A DNA stretch of 64,000 nt from an uncultured Alphaproteobacteria bacterium (GCA_965603015.1 CBFDBJ010000008.1:160-64159); one strand, 5' to 3'; counted from the first letter of the stretch, positions 1 to 9,553 are shown. Notes: generated by a model from the sequence alone, not told the origin. Translations and numbers: made by a program.

Positions 1-165
1 GCGTTCGTTGACCCGGTTGCCGAGGCGAAACCAGCCACCAACCGCCTGGTCGCCATCATAGATGTTGAGATACATGGACTCATTATAGTTTTGGGCAGCT
101 TCCGGCTCGTGACAATATTCGTCTTCCGGATCGAGCTTCAGCTTCAGGCCGTTTGGCAGTTTCAT
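1..165 (-). CDS. hypothetical protein, N-terminal fragment (gene continues beyond window start)
   Basis: Reverse-strand ATG at 165-163 is preceded by GAGGAG about 7 nt upstream. The frame stays open to position 1 (MKLPNGLKLKLDPEDEYCHEPEAAQNYNESMYLNIYDGDQAVGGWFRLGNRVNER). It is absent from the ORF track because it is truncated. No family recognised. Confidence 0.5.
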   Translation of the reverse strand, partial: MKLPNGLKLKLDPEDEYCHEPEAAQNYNESMYLNIYDGDQAVGGWFRLGNRVNER

Positions 166-288
166 GGGTTTGCTCCTCGCCGTATTTTGGATAGTTTAGA
201 CCAGTGGTGTCTGCTGGCAAGGAAAAGAACAACAGACTCGTTCTTCAGCCTTAAGTGTGTGTTTTCGGATATTCAATTTCCATCCTAA

Positions 289-361
289 TGTCATTGCCGG
301 GCTTGACCCGGCAATCCAGAGCGGGCTTCACTGGATACCCGGGTCAAGCCCGGGTATGACA
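289..361. repeat. palindromic intergenic repeat, TGTCAT...ATGACA family, copy 1 (simple two-arm form)
   Basis: tgtcattgccgggcttgacccggcaatccag ... ctggatacccgggtcaagcccgggtatgaca. The two arms are reverse complements, and each arm contains its own CCGGG-CTTGAC-CCGG hairpin. The element ends 27 nt before the permease ATG. Confidence 0.85.
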
Positions 362-388
362 TAAGGAAGAGAGGAAAAGGGGCGAAAC

Positions 389-1606
389 ATGTCAGACCAA
401 AAACTAAACCGCGCACTCGGATTTCCGCTGCTTGTCCTCTATGGCCTCGGCACCGTTGTCGGCGCGGGGATCTATGCGGTGATCGGGGAAGTGGCGGCGG
501 GCGCCGGCGTCTATACGCCGCTGACGTTTCTGGTTGCCGCCGCGATGGCGCTCTTCAGCGCGATGTCTCTGGCAGAGCTTTCGGCGCGCTACCCGAAGGC
601 TGCGGGTGAAGCGGTTTTTGTGCGCGAGGGGTTTGGCCTGAAGCCGCTATCGACCCTCGTCGGGTTGCTTGTGGTGCTGTCAGGTATTGTCTCGGCGGCG
701 ACCATTATCAACGGCGCCGTGGGTTATGTGCAGGCGCTTATCCCGCTTGATCGCAGTATCATCGTGATCACCCTGGCGGTGTCTCTGGCGGCCATTGCCT
801 CGCTTGGCGTGCGGCAGTCTGTCGGGGCTGCGGCCGTGATCTCGGTCATCGAGATTGTCGGGCTGCTCGTCGTCATCTGGTCGGGGCGCCTTGAGCTTGT
901 TCATTTACCGGAGATATACGCCTCGGCGCCACCGCTTGACCTTTCTCTTTTCACGACAGGGGTTATGGGCGGCGCGCTGCTGGCGTTTTTCGCCTTTATC
1001 GGGTTTGAAGATATGGTCAATATGGCCGAGGAGGTCAAAGACCCGGTGCGCATCATGCCGCGCGCCATCCTCACGGTTCTTGCGCTGTCCTCGATCATCT
1101 ATGTCGCGCTGGCGCTGGTGATCGTTGCGGCGATGGATATGGACGCCTTGCGTGATAGCGGTGCGCCGCTGGCCGATGTCTTTGCGCAAACGTCGGGGCT
1201 TGATGGCCGTATCATTTCCCTCGTCGCAATCCTGGCCATTATCAATGGCGGACTGGTGCAGATCATTATGGGCGCGCGGGTGATCTATGGGCTGACCAAC
1301 CAGGGCTCTTTGCCGAAAGTTTTGGGGCGCGTGAACGCGAAGACCCGCACGCCGGTTCTGGCAACGGTGATTGTCTCGGGCATTGTCCTGGTGCTGGCAC
1401 TGGCCGGAACGCTCTCGGGGCTTGCGTCGATCACCTCGCTCCTCTTGCTGACGGTTTTCACGCTGGTCAACCTGGCCTTGCTGAGGATCAAGGCGCGCGT
1501 CGCCCCGCCCCACGGCGCACCCAACTATCCGTGGTTCGTGCCGGTCCTCGGAGCGCTGATCAGCGGCGGGTTTGTGGTCTGGAAGCTGGCGGAGGTTCTG
1601 GTTTGA
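389..1606 (+). CDS. APC-family amino acid permease
   Basis: 405-aa ORF that is highly hydrophobic with about 12 predicted TM segments. The N-terminal GLGTVVGAGIY motif is typical of amino acid/polyamine/organocation transporters. Confidence 0.85.
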   Translation: MSDQKLNRALGFPLLVLYGLGTVVGAGIYAVIGEVAAGAGVYTPLTFLVAAAMALFSAMSLAELSARYPKAAGEAVFVREGFGLKPLSTLVGLLVVLSGIVSAATIINGAVGYVQALIPLDRSIIVITLAVSLAAIASLGVRQSVGAAAVISVIEIVGLLVVIWSGRLELVHLPEIYASAPPLDLSLFTTGVMGGALLAFFAFIGFEDMVNMAEEVKDPVRIMPRAILTVLALSSIIYVALALVIVAAMDMDALRDSGAPLADVFAQTSGLDGRIISLVAILAIINGGLVQIIMGARVIYGLTNQGSLPKVLGRVNAKTRTPVLATVIVSGIVLVLALAGTLSGLASITSLLLLTVFTLVNLALLRIKARVAPPHGAPNYPWFVPVLGALISGGFVVWKLAEVLV

Positions 1607-1638
1607 AGTTCGAGCTCAGGGCGGCGGCGATTTTTTGT

Positions 1639-2181
1639 TCAAAGATTCCGAGCTGACCGCAGAAGCCTGACGATGGTCTGAGCTTTGATCATGAGAGTAA
1701 GACCCACTCCGACTTTTATAATTGGCGCTGTCCACTTCCAGTAGAAGTGCAATTCCCAGTGTACAGACAGTCCATCAGCACTAAGCAGTGTATCTACTGT
1801 CTGCATGGCCTGAAAAATCATGCTCATCAAACCGGTCACAAGGAAATAAAGACCCAGTGTTGAAATCAAAGTGAAGTGAAGATCTCTGAAATCGCGTTGC
1901 CCGCTGTCGGATGGACTTGAGGCTTCTTTCGCCTCTGGTTTCCGAGGCAAAATAAGTTCCGGCTTGAACCATAGAAGAGCGGAGCTTAGAAGAAGTATTG
2001 CATAGAATAAGAGAGTATGAGTCCAGGGATTGGCCCAGAAAGTAAAGCTTTCCTCCGAGAACATTTCTTCGAGTGGCTGGAACATCAAGAACCATTGCGG
2101 CATCTGTGTGACGAGAAATACAAAGATCCACACCGCAGCGATGCGAACGCCAATGATCAAAACCTGTCTTTCAGTCATCAA
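1639..2181 (-). CDS. hypothetical integral membrane protein (about 4 TM), in a low-GC islet
   Basis: 180-aa ORF with clear hydrophobic segments and no recognisable family. Local GC is about 45% against about 60% or more in the flanks. Confidence 0.55.
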   Translation of the reverse strand: MMTERQVLIIGVRIAAVWIFVFLVTQMPQWFLMFQPLEEMFSEESFTFWANPWTHTLLFYAILLLSSALLWFKPELILPRKPEAKEASSPSDSGQRDFRDLHFTLISTLGLYFLVTGLMSMIFQAMQTVDTLLSADGLSVHWELHFYWKWTAPIIKVGVGLTLMIKAQTIVRLLRSARNL

Positions 2182-2248
2182 AAACCTCAGAGTCGAATTG
2201 TGATAATCGATAGTGTAGGTGATTGACTATGCATGCACAAGTATATGC

Positions 2249-3106
2249 CTAAACCGGAGCGGTGCCTGCCGTTGTCGTGCGCCACATGACGCGGCGGTGG
2301 CCGTCGAAGCCGGCGTCGGCGAAGTGCTGGACGCGGCGGTTATCCCACATGGTGAGCATATTCTTTTGCCATTTGTGACGATAGACAAATTCGTCTTTGG
2401 TGGTAAAGGCGCAGAGGAAATCAAGCAGCGCTTTGCCCTCTTCGGCGTTCAAGCCGTCGATGCCGATGGTATAGACCCGGTTGATCCAGAGGACCTTCTC
2501 TCCGGTGTCCGGGTGTGTGCGGATGATTGGGTGCGTGCGCTCGTCTTTGGCCGAGTCTGACGGGACAATCTTGAGCGAGCGGGTCGGGTCATTTTCGTTG
2601 CCGTAAAAGCCTTCTTTTGAATAAGGCAGGACAGCGCTGTGGATGCCGCGCAGGTCTTCGAGAAACGCTTTCATCTTGTCGGACAGTGCGAGCCAGGCGG
2701 CGTGGCCATCGGCAAACAGCGTGTCGCCGCCGACCGGGGGCACGATGTGGCCGTAGAGGATGGTGGCGGCGGGCGGTTTTTCCTGAAAGGTATAGTCTGT
2801 ATGCCAGCCGCCGCCGAAGTGTGATGCGGTCTCGGCCGGTTCGCGGCGCAGCTCCAGCACATTGGGATGACCCTCCATGGGGACAATGAATTCGGTGAGG
2901 CCGTAATCGCCCATGGCTTCGGTAAACCCCTCAAGCCCGGACGGGGTCAGATCCTGATCAGGGAAATACACAACGCCGTGGGTGTGCCAGGCGTCCTTGA
3001 TCTCGGCGACGATGTTCTGCGTCAGGGGCTGCGCAAGATTGACGCCACGGATCTCGGCGCCGAAGCCGTTCGAATTGGGGGTCACTGTGATGTGTTGATA
3101 GGCCAA
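2249..3106 (-). CDS. TauD/TfdA-family Fe(II)/2-oxoglutarate dioxygenase
   Basis: 285-aa ORF. The N-terminal ITVTP...GFGAEIRGVNL segment, the WHTDYTF iron-ligand motif and the C-terminal WDNRRVQH are typical of taurine dioxygenase-like enzymes. Confidence 0.85.
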   Translation of the reverse strand: MAYQHITVTPNSNGFGAEIRGVNLAQPLTQNIVAEIKDAWHTHGVVYFPDQDLTPSGLEGFTEAMGDYGLTEFIVPMEGHPNVLELRREPAETASHFGGGWHTDYTFQEKPPAATILYGHIVPPVGGDTLFADGHAAWLALSDKMKAFLEDLRGIHSAVLPYSKEGFYGNENDPTRSLKIVPSDSAKDERTHPIIRTHPDTGEKVLWINRVYTIGIDGLNAEEGKALLDFLCAFTTKDEFVYRHKWQKNMLTMWDNRRVQHFADAGFDGHRRVMWRTTTAGTAPV

Positions 3107-3239
3107 GTTGATTCTCTCCCTTTTTCCTGAAGCCTAACTGAGGGGCGGACGCGATAGCAAGGTTCGCTTCGCCTTGCGCGATATCCTAAGGTCTTGTCTT
3201 CTCCTGCTGATTCGCCCTTCCCGAAGGACTTTGTTTTTT

Positions 3240-4091
3240 ATGAGCCTTTCCGTTCTTGCCCTGATCATGTTTGCTGCCCTGTTGCATGCGACGTGGAATG
3301 CGCTGATCAAGCTTGGTGGCGACCGGCTGATTATTATGGCGCTGCTTTCGGGGAGTTCCGGCGTGATCGGGCTTTGCCTGACGCCGTTCTTTCCGCTGCC
3401 AGCCGCAGCCTCCTGGCCTTTCATTGCGGCAACTTCGTTTATCCACATTGGCTACATCTGGTTTTTGACCAAGGCCTACGACCATGGTGACTTTGGCGTG
3501 GTCTATCCGATTGCCCGCGGTGTGGCTCCGCTTTTGACGGCAACGGGCGCGATGATCTTCGGCGGCGAGTTTCTTAGCGGGACGAGCCTTGCCGGTGTGG
3601 CCATCATCGCGACCGGGATCATGAGTCTTGCCCATGACGGGGGCACGAGAGCGAGCGAAGGTGAAACGCACCCGTTAAAGCCCGTGCTCTACGCGCTGGC
3701 CACTGGCTGTTTTATCGCCAGCTATACGCTGGTTGACGGGTTCGGGGTGCGGGTATCGGGAACCGTTGGCGGTTATACGGCCTGGCTGTTTGCTCTCCAC
3801 GGGTTGCCGCTGGTTATCATGGTGATGTTTATTCGCAGAGATGGCCTTGTGCTGGCGGCGCGGCAGAACTGGAAGAGGGGCGCTGTCGGCGGCGCGTTTT
3901 CCATTGCGGCCTACTGGATTGTGATCTGGGCGTTCACGCTGGGAGCGATTGCGCCGGTTGCGGCGCTGCGCGAAACCAGTGTGGTGTTCGCGGCGATCTT
4001 TGCGGCGGTTCACCTCAGGGAGGGGTTCGGCGTGAGGCGCGGCCTGTCGGCCCTGCTTGTGGCGTCGGGCATTATTTTGTTGGCGTTTTAG
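3240..4091 (+). CDS. EamA/DMT-family transporter
   Basis: About 10 TM segments. The N-terminus MSLSVLALIMFAALLHATWNALIKLG is typical of EamA proteins. The start was moved to the internal ATG at 3240, because the track start at 3174 adds a non-hydrophobic Arg-rich leader. Confidence 0.8.
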   Translation: MSLSVLALIMFAALLHATWNALIKLGGDRLIIMALLSGSSGVIGLCLTPFFPLPAAASWPFIAATSFIHIGYIWFLTKAYDHGDFGVVYPIARGVAPLLTATGAMIFGGEFLSGTSLAGVAIIATGIMSLAHDGGTRASEGETHPLKPVLYALATGCFIASYTLVDGFGVRVSGTVGGYTAWLFALHGLPLVIMVMFIRRDGLVLAARQNWKRGAVGGAFSIAAYWIVIWAFTLGAIAPVAALRETSVVFAAIFAAVHLREGFGVRRGLSALLVASGIILLAF

Positions 4092-4120
4092 CCTGGGTAT
4101 TTTCGCTCGACATCAGTAGT

Positions 4121-4240
4121 TGTCATCCCGGCCACAGAGCCGGGATCTCGGGGCACGATGTGGGGACTTACTCAAATAGCGGTCGGTCGCTCGATCCTGC
4201 CTTGAGATCCCGGATCGCGCTTCGCTTGTCCGGGACGACA
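4121..4240. repeat. palindromic intergenic repeat, TGTCAT...ACGACA variant, copy 2
   Basis: tgtcatcccggccacagagccgggatctcggggcac ... gagatcccggatcgcgcttcgcttgtccgggacgaca. The left module is shared with copy 7 (62045). It lies between two convergent genes. Confidence 0.8.
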
Positions 4241-4258
4241 ATCGAAGGGGTGCTTGCT

Positions 4259-5587
4259 TTAAGTCGGGAAGCGCGCCTTTTGCGCAAGGCGGTGCCAGTG
4301 AAAGCGGTAGGCGGGCGATCCGGCGTTGCGGGCCGGTGTGGCCTCGGCGAGGCGCAGCCACTTTTGCGTCGCTTCATCGGCTGTGTCCCAAGCATCCTGA
4401 CAGGACGTTGCGGGATCTGTCCCAAGGGCTTTTGCGACCATCTCGTCCTCAAGCTGGTCGCGTTCGCGCTCGAAGGCGCCGAGCCTTGCGGCATAGTCCT
4501 TCAGGACCGCACGGTGGAGCGTCTCATGGCGCCACCACAGGGAGGCTGTGTCATAGGTGCCGGACGGCCTGGCGGCAAGTTGACGGGGCAGCTGGGCCGG
4601 GTCGAGGGACAGGGGCTTGAAGATGCCAGTGTCAGGGGCCGCGGTCGCGGTCATGAAATGTCTGTCGCCATTCTCGCTCAGGACAGAGACCTGTGAGCAG
4701 ACGGTCTGACCGAAACGGCGGGCCGGACCAAACGAAGCGTGGGCGCAGATGGTGCCGTTCATGAGGCCGTCGGGTCGCCAGTTCGGATTGCCGGATGCGC
4801 CCTTGCCGCGATCGCGCAGTATACGCATCATATCGGGCGGTGTGAGGCTGCCGCGCCCTTCGGCAAGGCACGCCGTTGTACGCCGCCAGCGTGTCGGTCC
4901 GGAGGCCAGTTCGCTCAGGACTTTTGCGCCGAAAATGTCACGAAAGTTGAAGCTCGTGCCCTTTGTCCAGCCGACAGTTTCTGCCAGCGCTTCGAGGCCG
5001 TCGCTCATGGCCTCAAAGGTTTCGCCTATTGTGAGGGTGTTTGAGATGCTGCGCGTGCCTGTGACTTTCTCGCAAATCCATTCCCGGCCGATGGTTTCAA
5101 GCACAAAGGCGCAGGTCCGGTCGGCGATGAGAAAGGAATTGTGATAGTAAAACCGGGCGGCCTGTGGGTGACCGCAATTGCCGCTTTGGCCATAGGTTTC
5201 AACAAGCGTGCACAGCAGGGTCAAGGCTTCTCTTGCCGAAGTGGCCCGTTCGAGGCCAAGGCGGACCATGTCCATGCCGATGAGGCCGGGGGTTTTGCCG
5301 GGGGGCACTTTTGTCAGGATTGCCTCGTTGCCGATTGCAACTCCGTGTTCATTGGCGCCCATCTCGGCGCCCCACATCCAGTAGGGCCGCGACAGCATCA
5401 CCGCGTGAGTGCACGGCGCTTGCGGGATTTCGATATAGGTGAGCTGGACGCTCGTGCCTGCCGCGTGATTTTGAGCGGGCAGTACCTCGACAATCTGGGC
5501 CTCATTGGCGTCGCGGTCACTGTTTTTTGCAAACAGCGTCGCGCCGGCCTTTGTCGCCGAACCAAGGGCCACCATGGTGTCGCACAT
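4259..5587 (-). CDS. C69-family (secernin/dipeptidase-like) Ntn cysteine peptidase
   Basis: 442-aa ORF beginning MCDTMVA...LFAKNSDR. A catalytic Cys directly after the initiator Met is characteristic of peptidase C69. Confidence 0.75.
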   Translation of the reverse strand: MCDTMVALGSATKAGATLFAKNSDRDANEAQIVEVLPAQNHAAGTSVQLTYIEIPQAPCTHAVMLSRPYWMWGAEMGANEHGVAIGNEAILTKVPPGKTPGLIGMDMVRLGLERATSAREALTLLCTLVETYGQSGNCGHPQAARFYYHNSFLIADRTCAFVLETIGREWICEKVTGTRSISNTLTIGETFEAMSDGLEALAETVGWTKGTSFNFRDIFGAKVLSELASGPTRWRRTTACLAEGRGSLTPPDMMRILRDRGKGASGNPNWRPDGLMNGTICAHASFGPARRFGQTVCSQVSVLSENGDRHFMTATAAPDTGIFKPLSLDPAQLPRQLAARPSGTYDTASLWWRHETLHRAVLKDYAARLGAFERERDQLEDEMVAKALGTDPATSCQDAWDTADEATQKWLRLAEATPARNAGSPAYRFHWHRLAQKARFPT

Positions 5588-5699
5588 CGTTCGTTAACCC
5601 GTTGTTGTTGTTTGGGCGTCATTTGGACTTCATTAGCGTCTGTGCGCTAGTTTGGCAGGGAACGCAAATCGGAACAACTGCAGATCTCGAAGGGTTCCC

Positions 5700-6785
5700 A
5701 TGGCAAAAGACTATCTCCGCAATGCCGGCCAGGCTGTTGTTCAGGAAATCCTTGAACACCGCGTGTTGGTTGGCATTGTTGTCTTGTACTGCGTCTTTGC
5801 GCTTGTGCTCGGGTATCGGTTCCAGCGCGAGGTTGATCTGTTTCTCTATTCAAAATATTTTCTGGGCATGATCGCCCTGGTGGGTCTGGCCTTTGTTTAT
5901 AGACGGTTTGCCAGGCTTATGGGGCAACCAGGCAGGCGCCCTGTCCTGAAGAACCTGTACGCCGATCTGAAAAGGGATGTAACGCCCGGGCAGGTGGTCG
6001 GCGGCGGATTTCTATTCCTTGTGTTCTCGACCTATTTTTCCGCCTTCCAGTCGGTCAAGGCGATGATCCCGGCGGTCAAACCTTTCACCTATGATGTGGC
6101 TTTCGCGGAAGTCGACCGGGTGGTCCATTTCGGGTTTTATCCTCATGAGCTGTTGCAGCCGCTGCTTGGCTATCCGATTGCAACGTTCGTCATTCAGTTC
6201 TTTTATAATATCTGGTTCCTCCTGATGCTCGGGGTACTGGCCTGGCAGATGTTCGATCGACGCGTGCCGCACTTGCGGATGCGGTTTTTGGTCAGCTTCG
6301 CGCTGGTGTGGTTTGTGGTCGGCTCGCTCGGCGCCATTCATCTGTCCTCGGCGGGGCCGGTCTACTTTGACCGGGTGACCGGGCTTGACGGTCCGTATGG
6401 TGATCACATGGCCTGGCTGTGGTCGGTCTACGAACTTTCGCCGCTGTTTACCCTCGACATGCAGGAGCTGCTCTGGGAGCACTACTCTGCTGCTGACCTT
6501 GCCTCGGGAACCGGAATTTCAGCGATGCCCAGCGTCCATGTCTCCATTGCAACGCTGCTGTTCCTGCTCTCGCGTCACAGCGGGAAATGGGCGACAGTGA
6601 TGTTCGGCGTTTTTCTTGCCGGGATCATGGTGGGCTCGGTTCATCTGGCGTGGCACTATGCCATTGACGGCTACCTGGGCGCGGCCATGGTGTTGGTGAT
6701 CTGGTGGCTGGTCGGGCGGTTTTATGCAGTCGCCTCCGCGGAAACCACCGCCAAACCCCTGACAACCGATCCTGTTCAGGCCTGA
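5700..6785 (+). CDS. PAP2_3 / Aur1-Ipt1-like membrane phosphotransferase, paralog 1
   Basis: Polytopic membrane protein with ISAMPSVHV and HLAWHYAIDGYLG motifs, matching the lipid phosphate phosphatase C2/C3-like His...HYxxD signature. The start was moved to the ATG at 5700 (MAKDYLRN). Confidence 0.7.
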   Translation: MAKDYLRNAGQAVVQEILEHRVLVGIVVLYCVFALVLGYRFQREVDLFLYSKYFLGMIALVGLAFVYRRFARLMGQPGRRPVLKNLYADLKRDVTPGQVVGGGFLFLVFSTYFSAFQSVKAMIPAVKPFTYDVAFAEVDRVVHFGFYPHELLQPLLGYPIATFVIQFFYNIWFLLMLGVLAWQMFDRRVPHLRMRFLVSFALVWFVVGSLGAIHLSSAGPVYFDRVTGLDGPYGDHMAWLWSVYELSPLFTLDMQELLWEHYSAADLASGTGISAMPSVHVSIATLLFLLSRHSGKWATVMFGVFLAGIMVGSVHLAWHYAIDGYLGAAMVLVIWWLVGRFYAVASAETTAKPLTTDPVQA

Positions 6786-6928
6786 TTCGCAATGTGAGCG
6801 GCGCTCCTGTTTTCGGGGGTAGCGCCATTGCAGGTGAGGTCCCATATTGTTGCTGGACGGCGCGGCGCTTTTTTCGAAGGGCCGCGCCGCCCAGGACTTA
6901 CTTGACCTCACTGGGTGGCAGGAGACTG

Positions 6929-7999
6929 ATGGCGATATCGGACCAGACGACGATCAAGATGGCTTTGATCGAGGGTGTAAAGCGCCATCAGGTGATGTTC
7001 GCGGTGATGGTCGCCTATTGGGGGCTGTGTTTCTCTCTGGGTGTGTTTTATGACCGCCAGATCAATCCCTTGCTTTATGCGCCGGTCTTTGCCCTGCTGT
7101 TCGTATCGATCGGGCTTTCCCATGTTGCAAGAAGTGTAGTGGGATTGGTCCGCCAACCAGGGGCGGGTTTTTCCACGGATGCTCTCTATGCGGACTTGAA
7201 GAATCGATTTAGTCTGGAAGGCAGTGCCGGGCTCGCGCTCCTGCTTGTCGGTTTTTCTGTCACGATCTCGCTCTTTCAGTCGGTCAAGGCGGTGATCCCG
7301 GTGATCAAGCCGTTTGCCTATGATGCGACTTTTGCGGAAATTGACAGGGTGATCCATGGCGGCTTTTACCCTCATGAATTGTTGCAGCCTTTGATGGGCT
7401 ATCCGCTGGTTACTTTCGCGACACTCCTTCTCTACAATCTCTGGCTGCCGCTGGTCTTTGTCGTGTTCATATCGCAAGTGCTGGATCGCAGCGACCCGGC
7501 CTTGCGGCAACGCTATTTTCTCAGTTTTGCGCTCGGCTGGATCCTGATCGGAACCATTGGGGCCATCGCTCTTTCATCGGCCGGTCCGGCCTATTATGCC
7601 CGCGTGCTGGGCCTGCCGCCCGGGACGGGACCCTACGCCGATCTTATCGCCTACTACGGCGCCGCGGCAGATGTCGTGCCGCTGTTCCTGGCGGATATGC
7701 ACGAGATGTTGTGGGGGATTTTTGAGAGCGGGGTGCTTCAGCCCGGGGCCGGGATCTCGGCGATGCCCAGCGTGCATGTGGCGCTGGCAACGCACATGTT
7801 CCTTGTGGCGCGGCACAAGGGGCCGGGACGCGCATGGATCTTCGGGATCTATGGCGCTGTGATCCTGGCCGGTTCGGTCCATCTGGGCTGGCACTATGCG
7901 GTTGACGGATATCTGGGAGGCGCCCTGATGGCGCTGATCTGGTGGCTATCAGGGCTGGTCAGCCGGCCTTTTGATCACGATCAAGGAGCTTTGGGCTAA
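6929..7999 (+). CDS. PAP2_3 / Aur1-Ipt1-like membrane phosphotransferase, paralog 2
   Basis: By eye about half of the residues are identical to the upstream gene across the whole length, with the same ISAMPSVHV and HLGWHYAVDGYLG motifs. The start was moved to the ATG at 6929 (MAISDQ). Confidence 0.7.
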   Translation: MAISDQTTIKMALIEGVKRHQVMFAVMVAYWGLCFSLGVFYDRQINPLLYAPVFALLFVSIGLSHVARSVVGLVRQPGAGFSTDALYADLKNRFSLEGSAGLALLLVGFSVTISLFQSVKAVIPVIKPFAYDATFAEIDRVIHGGFYPHELLQPLMGYPLVTFATLLLYNLWLPLVFVVFISQVLDRSDPALRQRYFLSFALGWILIGTIGAIALSSAGPAYYARVLGLPPGTGPYADLIAYYGAAADVVPLFLADMHEMLWGIFESGVLQPGAGISAMPSVHVALATHMFLVARHKGPGRAWIFGIYGAVILAGSVHLGWHYAVDGYLGGALMALIWWLSGLVSRPFDHDQGALG

Positions 8000-8044
8000 A
8001 TTCCCCGACGATGGGTTTTTGTGTCCTCCCGATGAAGGAGCCAG

Positions 8045-8977
8045 GTGATGGCAAAGCGCGGCCAGATTACCAGCCATGAACCGACAGACTTTGGCGACCG
8101 CGATTTTCCTGCAGCGCTGGTCAATGTTACCAATGTCTGCAATCTTGAATGCTCGCATTGTTTTGTTTTCCGTGATGACAATCCGAACTCTGCGCGTGAC
8201 AAGATGAACGATGCCACCATGTTGCATCAGCTCGAGGCGCTGCGTGACAAACACAATATTAGATCGATGCTGTTTATGGGCGGCGAGCCGATGATCCGTA
8301 AGGGTCTGGTTTTCGAGGCGATGGAGCTTTTCGAACATTCCACGATTGCGACCAACGGGACCTACGGCATCCCGAGCGTGCCGGGGCATGTCGTGTCTGT
8401 ATCGCTCGACGGGCCAAAGCACTTGAATGACCCGATCCGGGGAGAGGGTGTTTTCGACAAGGTGAAAGCCTCGATCCATGACCGCGATCTGTCGGACGGC
8501 ACGATTGTTATGCTGCAGATGGCGATCACGCGTGACAATGCGGCCGGGATTGAAGAGTTCGTCGAGGCGGTGAAAGACTGGCCGATTGCCGGCGTGGCCT
8601 TTACCTTTTATGTGCCGCCACTGGATGACACATCCGGCCAGGGCTGGGATGATCTGAAAGAGCGCGACACGGTGGTCGACCGGGTGCTGGCGCTCAAGGA
8701 CAAATACCCGCTTCTCATCAAGGCCAATCGCGGCGCGCTTGAGATGATGAAGTCTGATGTCTCAATGCGCTATACCGGCGAGGAGGGTGAAAACTGCCTG
8801 ATGCGCAATCTTCTGCCGCTCTATATGGGCGATGGTCCTGATGGAAAAGGCGCGTTTGAGCGGACTTTCTGCTGCTATGGCAATGATGTCGACTGCGCGC
8901 GCTGCGGCGCCTATGCGGTCTTCAATGCAGCCTACAAGAAGGAGCGCGCCCGGCCACACGCTGGCGATGTGGATTGA
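8045..8977 (+). CDS. radical SAM protein with Cys-rich (SPASM/twitch-like) C-terminus
   Basis: The CNLECSHCF (CxxxCxxC) motif lies near the N-terminus. GGEP and SLDG...HD..RG motifs are present. The C-terminus carries CCYGNDVDCARCGAY. Confidence 0.8.
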   Translation: MMAKRGQITSHEPTDFGDRDFPAALVNVTNVCNLECSHCFVFRDDNPNSARDKMNDATMLHQLEALRDKHNIRSMLFMGGEPMIRKGLVFEAMELFEHSTIATNGTYGIPSVPGHVVSVSLDGPKHLNDPIRGEGVFDKVKASIHDRDLSDGTIVMLQMAITRDNAAGIEEFVEAVKDWPIAGVAFTFYVPPLDDTSGQGWDDLKERDTVVDRVLALKDKYPLLIKANRGALEMMKSDVSMRYTGEEGENCLMRNLLPLYMGDGPDGKGAFERTFCCYGNDVDCARCGAYAVFNAAYKKERARPHAGDVD

Positions 8978-9124
8978 CCTCCTCTGGTCGCGCAGCGACC
9001 GGAGCCACCGGGTAGTCCTTGCTGTTTGGTTATGTAGATTGACCCGCCTGATTGCGGCTGCAATATTGGTTGTCGAATCCACGACGGGTTCCAATAAAAC
9101 AAGCAAATAAGTGGAAACGCACCA

Positions 9125-9553
9125 ATGTCTGACAAATACCAGGCGCTGCCTGCTCCGACGCCGGAGACGCAGCATTTCTGGGACGGCGCAAAAGAAGGCG
9201 AGCTCAAGCTCCAGCGCTGCACGTCCTGTTCTCATACCTATTTCCCGCCGCGGCCGTTCTGTCCGGAATGTGCGTCGCGCGATGTGGAGGTCTATAGTGC
9301 CTCGGGCAAAGCGACGCTCTACTCCTATGTGATCAATCACCGCGCGCCCAAAGGCTGGGACGCACCCTATTCGATTGCGGTTGTTGAGCTCGAAGAGGGC
9401 CCGCGCATGATGACCAATGTCATTGGTATCGCGCAAACCCCTGAAGCGCTTGAACTTGATATGGCGCTTGAGGTCAGTTTTGAACAGGTCAGTGACGATA
9501 TCTTCCTGCCGAAATTCAGACCCTCAAAAGCTTCGGCAGGAGATGTATCATGA
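9125..9553 (+). CDS. Zn-ribbon OB-fold protein (DUF35 family)
   Basis: The CTSCSHTYFPPRPFCPEC zinc-ribbon is followed by an OB-fold region. The gene overlaps the downstream thiolase start by 4 nt (ATGA), the classic DUF35/thiolase pairing. Confidence 0.85.
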   Translation: MSDKYQALPAPTPETQHFWDGAKEGELKLQRCTSCSHTYFPPRPFCPECASRDVEVYSASGKATLYSYVINHRAPKGWDAPYSIAVVELEEGPRMMTNVIGIAQTPEALELDMALEVSFEQVSDDIFLPKFRPSKASAGDVS

